From an uncultured virus (IMG/VR IMGVR_UViG_3300034069_001183) (taxonomy: Duplodnaviria; Heunggongvirae; Uroviricota; Caudoviricetes), in IMG/VR virus record IMGVR_UViG_3300034069_001183: a DNA stretch of 64,000 nt; one strand, given 5' to 3'. Of this stretch, positions 47,551-58,117 are shown piece after piece. The position numbers and the translations under genes are program-made. Numbering within the stretch: position 1 is the stretch's first letter; each line of letters starts with the position of its first letter. Under the pieces are notes generated by a model. That model was not told where the DNA came from and did not search any database. It saw nothing but the letters and a program-made list of their open reading frames with translations.

Positions 47551-48420
47551 TTAAAGATCTGCTATATCTTCCAATTCTTTAGTGTCCGAGTCGTCTGTAG
47601 TTGATAAGTAGTTAGAAATCTCCCTTACTACTAGGTCTTCTACATAATCTTTCAGCTCCATACTACCACCTGTCATATCAAGATCCCCAATACTTACACA
47701 GACCTCATTATTGATACTTTCTAGCTCTGGATACTCACCACCAAGTTTTAATGCTCTAGTTGCACACCTCAATTCTACTCCATCAGTTCCCAGATTTTTC
47801 CTAACTTGTAATAGAACTGAGATATCCCTCTCCTTCCTACTTACTAATGTTGGAATTTTTACCTCCACTACTTTAGACTCAAAATGTTCATCTCCGTCAA
47901 AGTATTCATAGTAAGTTGGAATATACTTAATCTTATACTCCCTCTCTAAGTATCTGTTGGGCCATCTTCTCGTCACATACTTAACCAACCTACTCAGCTT
48001 TTTGAAATAGTTAGGGCTTGACTTAAAATACTTACCTATTCTTTTAGTGGCGAGGTCTAATTCAAATCCCTCATCACTAATGTCAGAGTAGTGTCTTTCG
48101 AACCAATCCCAAATTACACTCTCTTCTCCAGTTACATCAATAAACCTACAACTACTTTCTGGAAACCTATTAAAGCTGCTATTATAGTGTTTAACGTCAA
48201 AGAATCTAACTCCACTACACCTAGGAAGTCGCCAACAGTTTCCGATACTTGTAGATACTAATAATCTCTTCCCATCACTCTTTTCTAGTTCCATGCATTC
48301 GTAGAGGGTATCTTTTCTTTTTTCATCAACGCCTAGGTATGAAAACTTAAGCCCCTCATTCTCCCCTTCGAATCTATCTTTTATATATTCAAGAGTCTCA
48401 TACATTTCTAATTCTTCCAT
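47551..48420 (-). CDS. Hypothetical protein
   Basis: ORF. Confidence 0.65.
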   Translation of the reverse strand: MEELEMYETLEYIKDRFEGENEGLKFSYLGVDEKRKDTLYECMELEKSDGKRLLVSTSIGNCWRLPRCSGVRFFDVKHYNSSFNRFPESSCRFIDVTGEESVIWDWFERHYSDISDEGFELDLATKRIGKYFKSSPNYFKKLSRLVKYVTRRWPNRYLEREYKIKYIPTYYEYFDGDEHFESKVVEVKIPTLVSRKERDISVLLQVRKNLGTDGVELRCATRALKLGGEYPELESINNEVCVSIGDLDMTGGSMELKDYVEDLVVREISNYLSTTDDSDTKELEDIADL

Positions 48421-48426
48421 AATCTA

Positions 48427-48948
48427 TTAATCTAAGTCATCATATTCATGTGTCTCTAAAGGTTTCTTCTTAATAGATTCTTCAATATTATTGTCCAAGT
48501 AAATTCCCTTACTAATCATTGTTCTTGCGGCGATTATCTTTATTTCAACTGTCTGTATACTATCAAATAAGCCTCTAATAAATTCTTGCTCTTCCTTTGG
48601 CGGGTCTGTTCTAGTGCTTTCAATTCTCCTCAAGTATACGCAGTCTTTTTGAATATTTACTGCGTCAATATTAGAGGAAGTTATTAAGCACTCAAGTCTT
48701 CCGCCAATCGTTCTCCTAGAAAAACTGAGACTTACTAACCACAACACTAATACTAAGATAATTAAACCAAGCCCTGTAATTCCAGCCATCCAGTATTGTT
48801 CTTGTGTGGCACTGTAAATTATCATACCAACCATAGCCATACAAGATACACCAGACAAGATTAAGAATATATTGTTGATCTTCCTGTCTAGCTTATTACA
48901 TAATCCAACTAGTGCGGTGATTACTTTATTAATATTATCTGTTTCCAT
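48427..48948 (-). CDS. Two-TM membrane protein
   Basis: Two hydrophobic helices. Confidence 0.65.
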   Translation of the reverse strand: METDNINKVITALVGLCNKLDRKINNIFLILSGVSCMAMVGMIIYSATQEQYWMAGITGLGLIILVLVLWLVSLSFSRRTIGGRLECLITSSNIDAVNIQKDCVYLRRIESTRTDPPKEEQEFIRGLFDSIQTVEIKIIAARTMISKGIYLDNNIEESIKKKPLETHEYDDLD

Positions 48949-49009
48949 GTGTTATAAAAATTAAAAGAGGGTCAAGTATAACAATGTATACTCAACCCGA
49001 TTAGTACTC

Positions 49010-49720
49010 TTAGATTTCGGCAGCCTCAAACGACTTCTGCTCCATCATTCGAATTACTCTGTTAATTTCAGATGCTCTCCTTTCTCCTGACCACTTTGTT
49101 TTTGGATAGTTCAGTTTACTAAGAGAACCGGTTAGGTTATTCTTCTGATCAACATCGTAATTATTATAAACTCCAACAGGCTCTAACCATAATTGATCAC
49201 TGCTATCACCTACTAGCTTAAATACAGCATACTTAGTAGGGGTTACAAGTACATCAACATAGCAACCTTCCTGGAATCTATACTTTGACCACCTAAGTTG
49301 ATCTCTGACACCCACAATGATTGCTCTTGTTACGTTATTATTATTCTCAACCTCCCACATTGGAAATTTGAAATTACCAAGATCATAGTATAAGTCAGCC
49401 TTCCCATAAACACCCTCTGCTCTGTCTAAGATATTCCTATACATGAAATCAGAAATCTTCTTAAATGAGTTTGTTCTGTTATGAATGATAGTAGAAATGA
49501 CATCAAGATCATATTTCTTAGTGTCACCCTCTCTCATACAGTACTCACCCTTATTCATCGTCTTCTCACTGATCTTAGTAAGTGACAAGAGTGGTACCTC
49601 ATTAGAACTAATACCTGGCGTGTTAACCTGGTAAAGATAATAACTCTGAAGATTTGTGTTGTTAAGGAAGAATGGATATACTCTTCCAATCATTGTGTTG
49701 TGTAATCTAGTACGTCCCAT
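49010..49720 (-). CDS. Hypothetical protein
   Basis: ORF. Confidence 0.7.
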   Translation of the reverse strand: MGRTRLHNTMIGRVYPFFLNNTNLQSYYLYQVNTPGISSNEVPLLSLTKISEKTMNKGEYCMREGDTKKYDLDVISTIIHNRTNSFKKISDFMYRNILDRAEGVYGKADLYYDLGNFKFPMWEVENNNNVTRAIIVGVRDQLRWSKYRFQEGCYVDVLVTPTKYAVFKLVGDSSDQLWLEPVGVYNNYDVDQKNNLTGSLSKLNYPKTKWSGERRASEINRVIRMMEQKSFEAAEI

Positions 49721-49768
49721 TTTTTAATAAATTTAATCTGGGTTAAACAATTATATTAATTACTCTCG

Positions 49769-50002
49769 TTAATTCTTTTTATTGTTAGGTGGAAGTCTAG
49801 TAATAATTCTACCCTTTGTTAAGTCATAAGGGCTCATTTCTACTACTACACCATCACCTGCCATGATTCTGATAAAATTCTTCCTAATCTTACCAGAAAT
49901 AGTGCAAAGTATCTCATGTCCGGAATCTAGGGTAACTCTAAACATTGAATTACCCAACTCCTGAGACACCTTGCCATCTACTTTAATATTATCTTGTTTC
50001 AT
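49769..50002 (-). CDS. infA: Translation initiation factor IF-1
   Basis: [51 protein letters not shown]. Confidence 0.95.
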   Translation of the reverse strand: MKQDNIKVDGKVSQELGNSMFRVTLDSGHEILCTISGKIRKNFIRIMAGDGVVVEMSPYDLTKGRIITRLPPNNKKN

Positions 50003-50015
50003 ATAATACTTCTTA

Positions 50016-51647
50016 TTAAATTATTACTTTGGAGTTTCTGTCAGCCCTTAATATGACCTCTCGAAATCTACAAGCTACTAACTCATTACTAAGGGATTGA
50101 GGTACATTTGAGACCCCATTATAGTAGTTTACGATATCTGTTAGTGTTATCTTAAAGTATTCGTATTCAAGTGGGGTTCTAGTTGTCCCATTATTCTCTA
50201 CCTTATACTCACAGATACAAGTACCGTAACTCTCCCTTGCTTTATCAACTAGCTCTACTATTACATCAGCCACAACCCTACTAAGTTTACTAGTAAGAGG
50301 TATTGGTTTAGGTGTTCCAAACTTAACTGAATTATCTAGTTGATCAAATATCTCAGATTCGTATGCCCAATGATTTTTTCTGTACAGATCAATATAACTA
50401 TACATACTATTGAGATCTTTGAATATAGTCCCCTCGTCTGAATAAGAGTCTACAATGCCAGCAGTAATATCCTTCACACTGATACCTAGCTCATTAAAGA
50501 GACTCGTATAGTATGACACCCTACTGACATTATTATCATTCATTGTGTTAATAAAGTAAGACTCAACCACATCATTGATTAATTCCGTATCCTGACTAGT
50601 ACTGTCCTTTGTAATACTAAACATCGTAACTCCCTTCTGAATAGAGTTAGTTGAGATGATAGTATTTAAGATTGTAGTACTTAAGACAACCTCTAGCTGT
50701 TCCTTTATCGGTGCATTAATGTTTCTATAGTCTTTTACTTTATCCGACATTAGACTAAGAGGTTCAAATATACTGAAAAGATCTGTATAATCTCTCCACC
50801 TGTCACCACCATAAGGGACTGTGCACTTACTTACTGCACTGTCAATCATCAATCCCCAATAGTTAGTAATGTCAAAGTCGTCTATTGGTTCAAGTGCTTT
50901 ACCGCTCTCTACCATAGGCTTAGGTGAAAATAGGACTTGTAGCTTATTATCATCATTAGTACCTTGACCTAATACATGGTTCTTAAGTACATCCTCTACA
51001 GATTTCTCAGTGTCTTTATTGATCTTACCTACTACTAGATAACCTTTAACATAATCCTGTGGGTCTACTAGTAGTTCAGAATCTAAGTTATCCCTTCTCC
51101 TAACTAGCACCTCACCTAAGTAGTAGTAAGTCTGTGTTTCTGTATCATATCTATAACCAGGCTTCCACTTAGCACATCCAGTTTTCTTGAATATACTACA
51201 ATTAACAACCCTGGTCATCTCGTCAAAGTATTCATCGTACTCTTTCATAGTCTTACAAGCAAGTACTACCTCGCCTGGATAATCCTCTGAAAATGCAGCC
51301 TCAAACACAGAACCATCATTAACGATTCCCTTGTCAATACTACAACCTTCCAAGATATTACCTAGGTACCTTCTATCCTTTGCGAAATTACATAGCTCGT
51401 ACCATTCATCTTTCTTAGGTAGTTCTTTAGATTTAACAAATACTCTAAATTCTCTACCTAACCTCACTTGAAACTCATTATTATCCAAGAGCACGTCATC
51501 AAGTACAAGGTTACTCGCTCTATAGTCACTGTTAACCTGCTTTCTTACATTGGACTTATATACTTTCTTTCCGTCCATGTAGAGCCAGACCTTATTTTCT
51601 TGGTTACTTACTAATGCACTAAGCTCTGTTACTAATCTCCACTTCAT
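50016..51647 (-). CDS. Hypothetical protein
   Basis: 543-aa ORF. Confidence 0.7.
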   Translation of the reverse strand: MKWRLVTELSALVSNQENKVWLYMDGKKVYKSNVRKQVNSDYRASNLVLDDVLLDNNEFQVRLGREFRVFVKSKELPKKDEWYELCNFAKDRRYLGNILEGCSIDKGIVNDGSVFEAAFSEDYPGEVVLACKTMKEYDEYFDEMTRVVNCSIFKKTGCAKWKPGYRYDTETQTYYYLGEVLVRRRDNLDSELLVDPQDYVKGYLVVGKINKDTEKSVEDVLKNHVLGQGTNDDNKLQVLFSPKPMVESGKALEPIDDFDITNYWGLMIDSAVSKCTVPYGGDRWRDYTDLFSIFEPLSLMSDKVKDYRNINAPIKEQLEVVLSTTILNTIISTNSIQKGVTMFSITKDSTSQDTELINDVVESYFINTMNDNNVSRVSYYTSLFNELGISVKDITAGIVDSYSDEGTIFKDLNSMYSYIDLYRKNHWAYESEIFDQLDNSVKFGTPKPIPLTSKLSRVVADVIVELVDKARESYGTCICEYKVENNGTTRTPLEYEYFKITLTDIVNYYNGVSNVPQSLSNELVACRFREVILRADRNSKVII

Positions 51648-51650
51648 ACC

Positions 51651-52073
51651 TTAATTTTCTATTATTACTTTAACTTTTACTTTAACGCCATTAAATTTAA
51701 TAGTTGTACCACCAATAAATTTCTCTACCGACTTTAATACATTAATAAGGTTTTCATCTGGCTCTATTACCTTTTCTGGCGTTGTTAGGGTAAAAACTGC
51801 TTGCTTATACTTCTTCCTAACTTCATCAATGCCTGTAATAGACTCGAACTTGAATAGATGTCCACCCAGTAATTCCTCTGCCTCTCTAAATTCGGGAATA
51901 TTCCAAGCTTCTCTGTTTAGTCTAGCATCCAAGAAATCACTCATCTCTGCAATAATCTCTTGACCACTGCTAGGTGTTCTTCTGCAATCTATCCACCCAT
52001 TCTTCTTATACCAGATCAGGGTTCTATTTACATTAATAACTAACTTCTTTAAAGTAACGGCTGCTTCCTTCAT
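51651..52073 (-). CDS. Hypothetical protein
   Basis: ORF. Confidence 0.6.
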   Translation of the reverse strand: MKEAAVTLKKLVINVNRTLIWYKKNGWIDCRRTPSSGQEIIAEMSDFLDARLNREAWNIPEFREAEELLGGHLFKFESITGIDEVRKKYKQAVFTLTTPEKVIEPDENLINVLKSVEKFIGGTTIKFNGVKVKVKVIIEN

Positions 52074-52608
52074 TGTTCTTAATTAAATATGATAATAGGC
52101 CATCAAGATTTTCCAAGTACCTTCTAGATGCACCACACCTATACTTCAGATCATAACAGAGACAGTTTCCAAAATCGAACATATAATATATAGTCTCAAA
52201 CTTAAAAAACTCATCTTGCTTATAATCTATTCTATAACTCCCGATATCAAGGTAACTATATCCAGAATCGACCTCCGCTACTAGACGAACCTCACTAGTC
52301 CTTAAGAACTCATTATCAGTATAACTAGTAGTATCACTAAGTCTTGTCAAGGTAAAGCCAGGTAAGTCGATTGAATCCTCCTTACTAAGCTCCTCTCTTA
52401 ACGTATCCTCAGTATCGGTGTCGGCTGGGTTGAGGACAGTAACAGATCCTACAAACCAGTCATACCAAATAATCTTGCCACTATTCAATTTAAAGTCTGT
52501 CCACCTTAAATGTTCTGGAAGGTTAAGTCTATACCTGAACTTAATCGCCTTCTCCTTATTAAAAGTAGGGCGAAGTTCCTTGAGTTGCTCTAGAAATACT
52601 GGTATCAT
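52033..52608 (-). CDS. Hypothetical protein
   Basis: ORF. Confidence 0.6.
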   Translation of the reverse strand: MIPVFLEQLKELRPTFNKEKAIKFRYRLNLPEHLRWTDFKLNSGKIIWYDWFVGSVTVLNPADTDTEDTLREELSKEDSIDLPGFTLTRLSDTTSYTDNEFLRTSEVRLVAEVDSGYSYLDIGSYRIDYKQDEFFKFETIYYMFDFGNCLCYDLKYRCGASRRYLENLDGLLSYLIKNNEGSSRYFKEVSY

Positions 52609-53621
52609 AGGTGATTCTTCTTAAAATATTCAACAATACTTGTACTATCCCAACTAACCCTTTCCTCCTTTGGACTTCTACTAGTTGGGCCAAATGTTTC
52701 TTCTACTGCATCTACATACATACTAGAAGAAAAGTCACAACCGCAAAAGAGATTATTCCACTCATCAGGTAGTAGTGATGATTCGATATCAAGCTGCTCT
52801 AATGCTAAGTTATCAAAACCTATCACAATATTTGGGTTAGGTTCAGACGTCTTACCTGTTCTGATCTCGAATATTAATTTCTTAATACCCTTCTTCCAGG
52901 TTTCTAAGTCTACACTAGTTCCTGCTGCTCTACCAAACTGCTTATAGCCTAGTATTAAAATTCTAACAGGTCTATCTAGGTAAGCACTTTCATTGACAAT
53001 CTCATAGAGCTTCATAATATCATCCACTGGAAATATACCAGCGATAATATGAAATACAGACCTTTCCAACCTACAAACGCTCTTGAATAGTTCACCAACA
53101 ACTGGGATCTTTTCAATGCTAACGCCAACTGCCTCATAACAATTGGCTACTATACTATAGCTGCTGATTGGGTCACCGTCAAATTCTCTCTGAAGTGTCT
53201 TATAGTTGACTGTTATTCTTGGTTGGAAATTGTTTGCCCTCAGCCACCCTACTAGCTTCTCTGCATCACTAATACAATCCTCATCAAAAATATCACCGCC
53301 ACCTACTGCAACTTCAATTCCACACTTCGGAAGTTTATCTAGGACCTCAATTGTCTTCTCTAGGTTGAACTTCTTTGCACCAGCCACACTAGATTCATGA
53401 CAATACTTACAACCTATACTACACGCATTGGTTATCTTAAGGTCAATACTGTCGGGAAAATCTGCACACAAGTCCTCGTCGAATCTAAGTGCTCTCTTCA
53501 CTTTAGAACCATCTCGACGACTCATTACAAAATAGTTTCCGTTTATATACTGATAGCTCTTACTGTCATTAATATACTTTGAACATCTATAAAAGAATGT
53601 GTTTACTAATTCTTTACTCAT
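52605..53621 (-). CDS. Radical SAM protein
   Basis: CxxxCxxC (CSIGCKYC) and the VAVGGGD motif. Confidence 0.85.
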   Translation of the reverse strand: MSKELVNTFFYRCSKYINDSKSYQYINGNYFVMSRRDGSKVKRALRFDEDLCADFPDSIDLKITNACSIGCKYCHESSVAGAKKFNLEKTIEVLDKLPKCGIEVAVGGGDIFDEDCISDAEKLVGWLRANNFQPRITVNYKTLQREFDGDPISSYSIVANCYEAVGVSIEKIPVVGELFKSVCRLERSVFHIIAGIFPVDDIMKLYEIVNESAYLDRPVRILILGYKQFGRAAGTSVDLETWKKGIKKLIFEIRTGKTSEPNPNIVIGFDNLALEQLDIESSLLPDEWNNLFCGCDFSSSMYVDAVEETFGPTSRSPKEERVSWDSTSIVEYFKKNHL

Positions 53622-54648
53622 TGACCTTAACGTTTAATTTTACTCTAATTAATCCATCATAATTACTCTCGATAAATTCAGCAGCATCTTGACCAAATAA
53701 TGGATCACCATATACATGATTTTCATCCTCCTTCCCAAAGGTCATTAGCTTACTCGCAAAATCTTTAGTTGCATAGTATAGGCATGGGTAATCATCGTGT
53801 CCTTTTGCCAAACGATGCCACTCACTATTAACAGGAAACACCCCTAGATCGTCCCTTAAGTTGATCAGGAAGTATATACTATCATTCTTAGCTGACCCTG
53901 TTAATATCTTCTTGTCTTCCGGTGTCATTGATCTAGCAGTACCGTTCTCAAAAACAATACTATTAGCTATCTCACAAGAAAACTGAGAGCTGGATAAGTA
54001 GTTATAGTCTGCATAGAAACACTCTAGTAGGTCTATAGGATACTCAGGGACATTAAACTGAACCTTACCAACCTCTCCGCCGTAATCCAAAGTTACCTCT
54101 GCACCTACTATATTACTATTATCAAATGCAGGATTATAGAACTCATCCGTTTCATCACTATTATCGTTGCCTGTAAATAACCACGACTTACTGTTAAATA
54201 GGAAGTTCTTTAAGCTGTCCTTATTGTCAACGATATGATCAAAGATGCAAGTAGATTCATGGTCAATTTCTGGATATCCTCCATCATCGGTCTTACTATT
54301 GACCCAAGTGAATTTAACACCATTAGCACCAGTAAACTTACAAACTAAGTTACTGAGCGTTGATAGCTTTTTGTGAACATCCATATATTTTTGTGCATAT
54401 GACTTCTCGTTCCACTTAGTGCTATGATAATAGATACCACAGACATAGAGTAGTTTGTCCTTAATTGAATTCATTGCTTTCCACTCCCATCCAAAACATC
54501 TACCAGACTCTAAGACAATATCACCGTCTTCATCCAGGTCTATGTCACTAGATAACTCAATACTCGCTCTATTAATTACAACAGAGTGAGATGAGCTACT
54601 GTTTGTTTCTGGGAGGTTAAATCTTTCTACTTTCTTAATTTTTCCCAT
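53614..54648 (-). CDS. ETNSSSSHS-motif protein (radical SAM neighbour)
   Basis: ETNSSSSHS, IDHES and GNDN. Confidence 0.65.
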   Translation of the reverse strand: MGKIKKVERFNLPETNSSSSHSVVINRASIELSSDIDLDEDGDIVLESGRCFGWEWKAMNSIKDKLLYVCGIYYHSTKWNEKSYAQKYMDVHKKLSTLSNLVCKFTGANGVKFTWVNSKTDDGGYPEIDHESTCIFDHIVDNKDSLKNFLFNSKSWLFTGNDNSDETDEFYNPAFDNSNIVGAEVTLDYGGEVGKVQFNVPEYPIDLLECFYADYNYLSSSQFSCEIANSIVFENGTARSMTPEDKKILTGSAKNDSIYFLINLRDDLGVFPVNSEWHRLAKGHDDYPCLYYATKDFASKLMTFGKEDENHVYGDPLFGQDAAEFIESNYDGLIRVKLNVKVNE

Positions 54649-54728
54649 AATTTATAATAATTAAATTTATTCATCTACTATTAAGGATTGTAAGGGAGAA
54701 TAAAAAAGGTAAGGACATTAAACTATCC

Positions 54729-55253
54729 CTACCTATATTTCTTTGTTTCCTTGTCAAGTATTTTTAAGAGCTTTGGTATTCTAAACTCCCCCGACATCAT
54801 CTTAATATTTCCAGCTGCTACATTATCTGGAAGACCTATACCCTGTACCCATAATGGTTTTTCCGCCGATCCTCTAAGTATGGGCGCACTAATCTCACTC
54901 GTCCTACAAAATTCAGACTTTGCTAGGCCTATTATTTTTAATCCTGGCATGTTCAACTCATCAAACAGTTTCTTCCCTAGGCCATCTTTCTCCGTACCAT
55001 CATTGAACCTAAGCCTGAGAAATCCATCCACTATTATCGTCTCTACCTTGTCTAGACTTACTTTCTCTACTAACAGGCCAAGAACACAGGGAAGCTCTCT
55101 CTTGTAGAACTCCCCTGGTATATAGGACGAAAAACTAGTGCAGATACTACTTATTATTTCGGCGGGTTCATCATCTGTCCATCTATTAAACAAGACACCA
55201 ACAGTTAATGCGAGGTTGTCTGAATAATAGTAAGTATCTACCGCTAATTTCAT
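54729..55253 (-). CDS. nfi: Endonuclease V-like protein
   Basis: AVDTYY, YIPGEFYKRELP, IVDG, GLAKS and RIP..LK..D. Confidence 0.8.
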   Translation of the reverse strand: MKLAVDTYYYSDNLALTVGVLFNRWTDDEPAEIISSICTSFSSYIPGEFYKRELPCVLGLLVEKVSLDKVETIIVDGFLRLRFNDGTEKDGLGKKLFDELNMPGLKIIGLAKSEFCRTSEISAPILRGSAEKPLWVQGIGLPDNVAAGNIKMMSGEFRIPKLLKILDKETKKYR

Positions 55254-56005
55254 ACATCCATTACATCTAAGAACTTAGCCTCTCCAATATAATCGCCAAA
55301 TACAGTGAGTTTGTATTCTTTGTCTGACTTATCAAATACAATATTATAATTTACTGTATCATCTTTGTCCAGCTTAAATATAACTCTCCACTCATCACCC
55401 TTAACATGATGAAGCTTAAGACTACTAACCCTACCTACTAAGAACTCACCAGACTCTTTCTTGATTGTTGCCTGAATATTTCTCGAGTAACCTAGTAATT
55501 CACCCTGCTTCTTTGTTTCACTAATATCGGCAAGTGCAGTAAATGGTAGTGTATCCCTCTCAGCATAAAGACGAGACATCCTATCAAACAAGAATGACTC
55601 CTCCATCATCTTACAGTGAAGGCTAAGTGGCATAAAGCGATTCATACTAGACTGAAGACCTTGACCCATGATATCGAAGCTAAATCCCTCTGGTATAATC
55701 TTCTCTGTGTAGACCTTATGATCCTCAGCTGTACTCTTTGCGCGCTCTGGAAAATAGTACTCAATCTGGTATGTCATTGTAATAGGGTCATATCCACTAA
55801 TCTTGTTTATCTTTACCCTCTCACACTTAGTATCATAACCATCACCACTGCTCTTTTTCTGGTAGTCTACATATACTGCATACTGACCAATGAGCTGTAA
55901 AATCTCTGAGCCCCCTGGAACCCACTTTAGACTACCTGAATTAAAACCATATCTCTCAGTCATTAACTTCAAGTAGTCTTTCTTCTCTTTCTTCTTATCT
56001 TCCAT
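55250..56005 (-). CDS. Hypothetical protein
   Basis: ORF. Confidence 0.65.
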   Translation of the reverse strand: MEDKKKEKKDYLKLMTERYGFNSGSLKWVPGGSEILQLIGQYAVYVDYQKKSSGDGYDTKCERVKINKISGYDPITMTYQIEYYFPERAKSTAEDHKVYTEKIIPEGFSFDIMGQGLQSSMNRFMPLSLHCKMMEESFLFDRMSRLYAERDTLPFTALADISETKKQGELLGYSRNIQATIKKESGEFLVGRVSSLKLHHVKGDEWRVIFKLDKDDTVNYNIVFDKSDKEYKLTVFGDYIGEAKFLDVMDV

Positions 56006-56019
56006 AATCTTTTTTATAG

Positions 56020-56415
56020 TTAAATAATACCTTTTTCTACTAACAATCTCTCAACCTCTGTCCAATCGATGAAAGGACGAACGCTAATAGAGAGATCGGT
56101 TTTCAATGGAGCACCTAAGGCAGCATCGTCAATATAGAGATGTGCAAAAATCTTCCTACTACTTGTCCATCTGTTCTGTGTCAAGTTCTCATTAACACCT
56201 ACCAATGGAATACCTCGCTGCGCAAACCAATCCACAGCTTCCTCTAAGTAGTTTGGATCACCTGGACTTGTTGGCTCTCCTCTCATTGTATAGAGAATAA
56301 GCTCATGTCCTGCCTCAACTAACCTCTTAAGAACTGGCACTGCACCAATATCTTTGCCAATCTCTGGAAATTCATGACTAACAACAGTACCATCAAAATC
56401 AATACAAATCTTCAT
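56020..56415 (-). CDS. HAD-superfamily phosphatase (BT0820-like)
   Basis: IDFDGT, LYTMR and K...YIDD. Confidence 0.8.
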   Translation of the reverse strand: MKICIDFDGTVVSHEFPEIGKDIGAVPVLKRLVEAGHELILYTMRGEPTSPGDPNYLEEAVDWFAQRGIPLVGVNENLTQNRWTSSRKIFAHLYIDDAALGAPLKTDLSISVRPFIDWTEVERLLVEKGII

Positions 56416-56651
56416 CGTTTCTTACTTTTTCTTATTAGTCTTTTACAATTCTTACACTTATACGTTGACTTAATCTCATTGCCTGACACTACCTCACTGA
56501 CAAGCCTAATATCTCGACTCGGTTTCTTACAGTCTGGACATGCAAGCTCACTATTCTTGTCATCCTCCTTAGAAAATTGTAAGACTAGTGAAACTACAAC
56601 CACTGCACTAACAAAAATACCCGCCAGGCAGATTAATAGAATATCCATCAT
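56412..56651 (-). CDS. Membrane-anchored zinc-ribbon protein
   Basis: TM helix; CPDC...CKNC. Confidence 0.6.
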   Translation of the reverse strand: MMDILLICLAGIFVSAVVVVSLVLQFSKEDDKNSELACPDCKKPSRDIRLVSEVVSGNEIKSTYKCKNCKRLIRKSKKR

Positions 56652-56911
56652 TCGCTGTCCTCCTCTTCGTCGTATTCGTATTCTTCATCCTCATCTTCGT
56701 TCTCTTCTTCTTCGTCTAAGTCACCCAAGTTAATAAAATTAAACTTACTACCAAAAAAGATTTCACCGGATTCTGGAAGTTCTGCAACAATAACAGTTCC
56801 TCTATCCTCATGCTCTTCAATACCAGTTACCTTACCAGATACCTAATCATACTTAAATGTTAGGTCTGGTGAAATAGCTACATAGTCTCCTACTTTAAAT
56901 TCATCTTTCAT
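56648..56911 (-). pseudogene. Small SH3-like protein with acidic tail, interrupted by an in-frame TAG at 56843-56845
   Basis: MKDEFKVGDYVAISPDLTFKYD*VSGKVTGIEE...IFFG...; promoter at 56930-56953; stop overlaps the next gene's start. Confidence 0.65.
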
Positions 56912-56964
56912 AATAATACTTTGTTTTAATTACACTGTTAAGGAATACAAGACGGGGGAGTGGA

Positions 56965-57686
56965 AAAAATGAGCAGTACTATATTTCAAGTACTGCCCCT
57001 AGAAACACGGCGCATTATAAAAATCATTTGAAAAGGGTGGCTCCTATAATTCCCCGTGTGTTTTCTACGTGTGTTAATTTATTTTCTTGTATCTCCATAA
57101 AAGTATTTTCTATGGTCAATATTATCAACTAGACACCATAACTACTTGGATTCAAACCAAGTTTTACCTGCAACTTAATTGTTACAGCGCTTTAGTCCCA
57201 TATAAGCTATAGTCATTGTATACCTCTATCTGACTCTATCGATTATTCTCAAATTTATACTAATTAACTAGTAAGGTCGTGATTGTTCAGTGAAGTTCTT
57301 AGGCTCCACATCAGTAATTGACTATTCAGCCGCATACTGGTTTTAGTTAAACTATGAACTACTACAACCTAACACAAAACGTTAACAATATAAAATTAAG
57401 AAGGTTTTGTGTCTTATAATATGGTTTAAAATTTCTTGTTACACATTAATGCCACTAGTAGTCCTTATAGGTCCCCAGTTTTTCAGCAGAGCATTGCCCC
57501 ACCTCAAGCATTAATTTCTTGTGTCTTAATAATATAAATTTCAGGTTCTTTACGTAGGAATCATGCAAACACTAGAACCGCATTACATTCCATAATACTA
57601 ATCTAGTCGTCACTTAGTAGATCTCCTCACGAAACTAAACATCCACGAAACTTACTACCTCATGACCTGTTTATCCACGTCTCCTA
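56965..57686 (-). ncRNA. Non-coding transcription unit with several structured domains
   Basis: Promoter motif at 57684-57706; terminator at 56965-57000; no long ORF; stems GTAGGA/TCCTAC, ATTAATGC/GCATTAAT and GACACAAAAC/GTTTTGTGTT. Confidence 0.5.
57138..57216 (-). tRNA. Aberrant tRNA-like element (no assignable anticodon)
   Basis: Cloverleaf: ATGACTA/TAGTTAT acceptor stem, GCTT/AAGC D-stem, CTGTAAC/GTTGCAG stem with AATTAA loop, CTTGG-TTTGAAT-CCAAG T-arm; no CCA. Confidence 0.55.
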
Positions 57687-57835
57687 CATATATAAGAAAT
57701 CGAGGCCTTTTCAAACTGCATTAATTTTCGAGGCCTTCATACTTCCTACACTAATAAGAAATCAAGGGGATCTCAAACGCCCTTATTTCTTAAGGACTAC
57801 GGCAAAAAAAATAAGCTAAGGTATTACCCCCTAGC

Positions 57836-58117
57836 TTACTTAATATTATCACGTAACCACTTAATTATCTCATCCTTATTATCTACACCTAGTCTTGTCT
57901 TGAATAACCTAACAACTACCTCATCAAGATCGACACTTAGATTATCTAGTTCACTCTCATCTTCGGCAGTCTTACAGTACCTACAAGAATCACACATTGC
58001 CGTATATCTTAGGTGGGCAGGTATTACATCCCACATACAAGCAAATTCCGGAATCTCAACACTGGCAACCTTTAATTGACTACCACAAACAGGACACTTA
58101 TACTTTCTCTCTATCAT
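57836..58117 (-). CDS. Zinc-ribbon hypothetical protein
   Basis: CPVC...CDSC. Confidence 0.6.
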   Translation of the reverse strand: MIERKYKCPVCGSQLKVASVEIPEFACMWDVIPAHLRYTAMCDSCRYCKTAEDESELDNLSVDLDEVVVRLFKTRLGVDNKDEIIKWLRDNIK

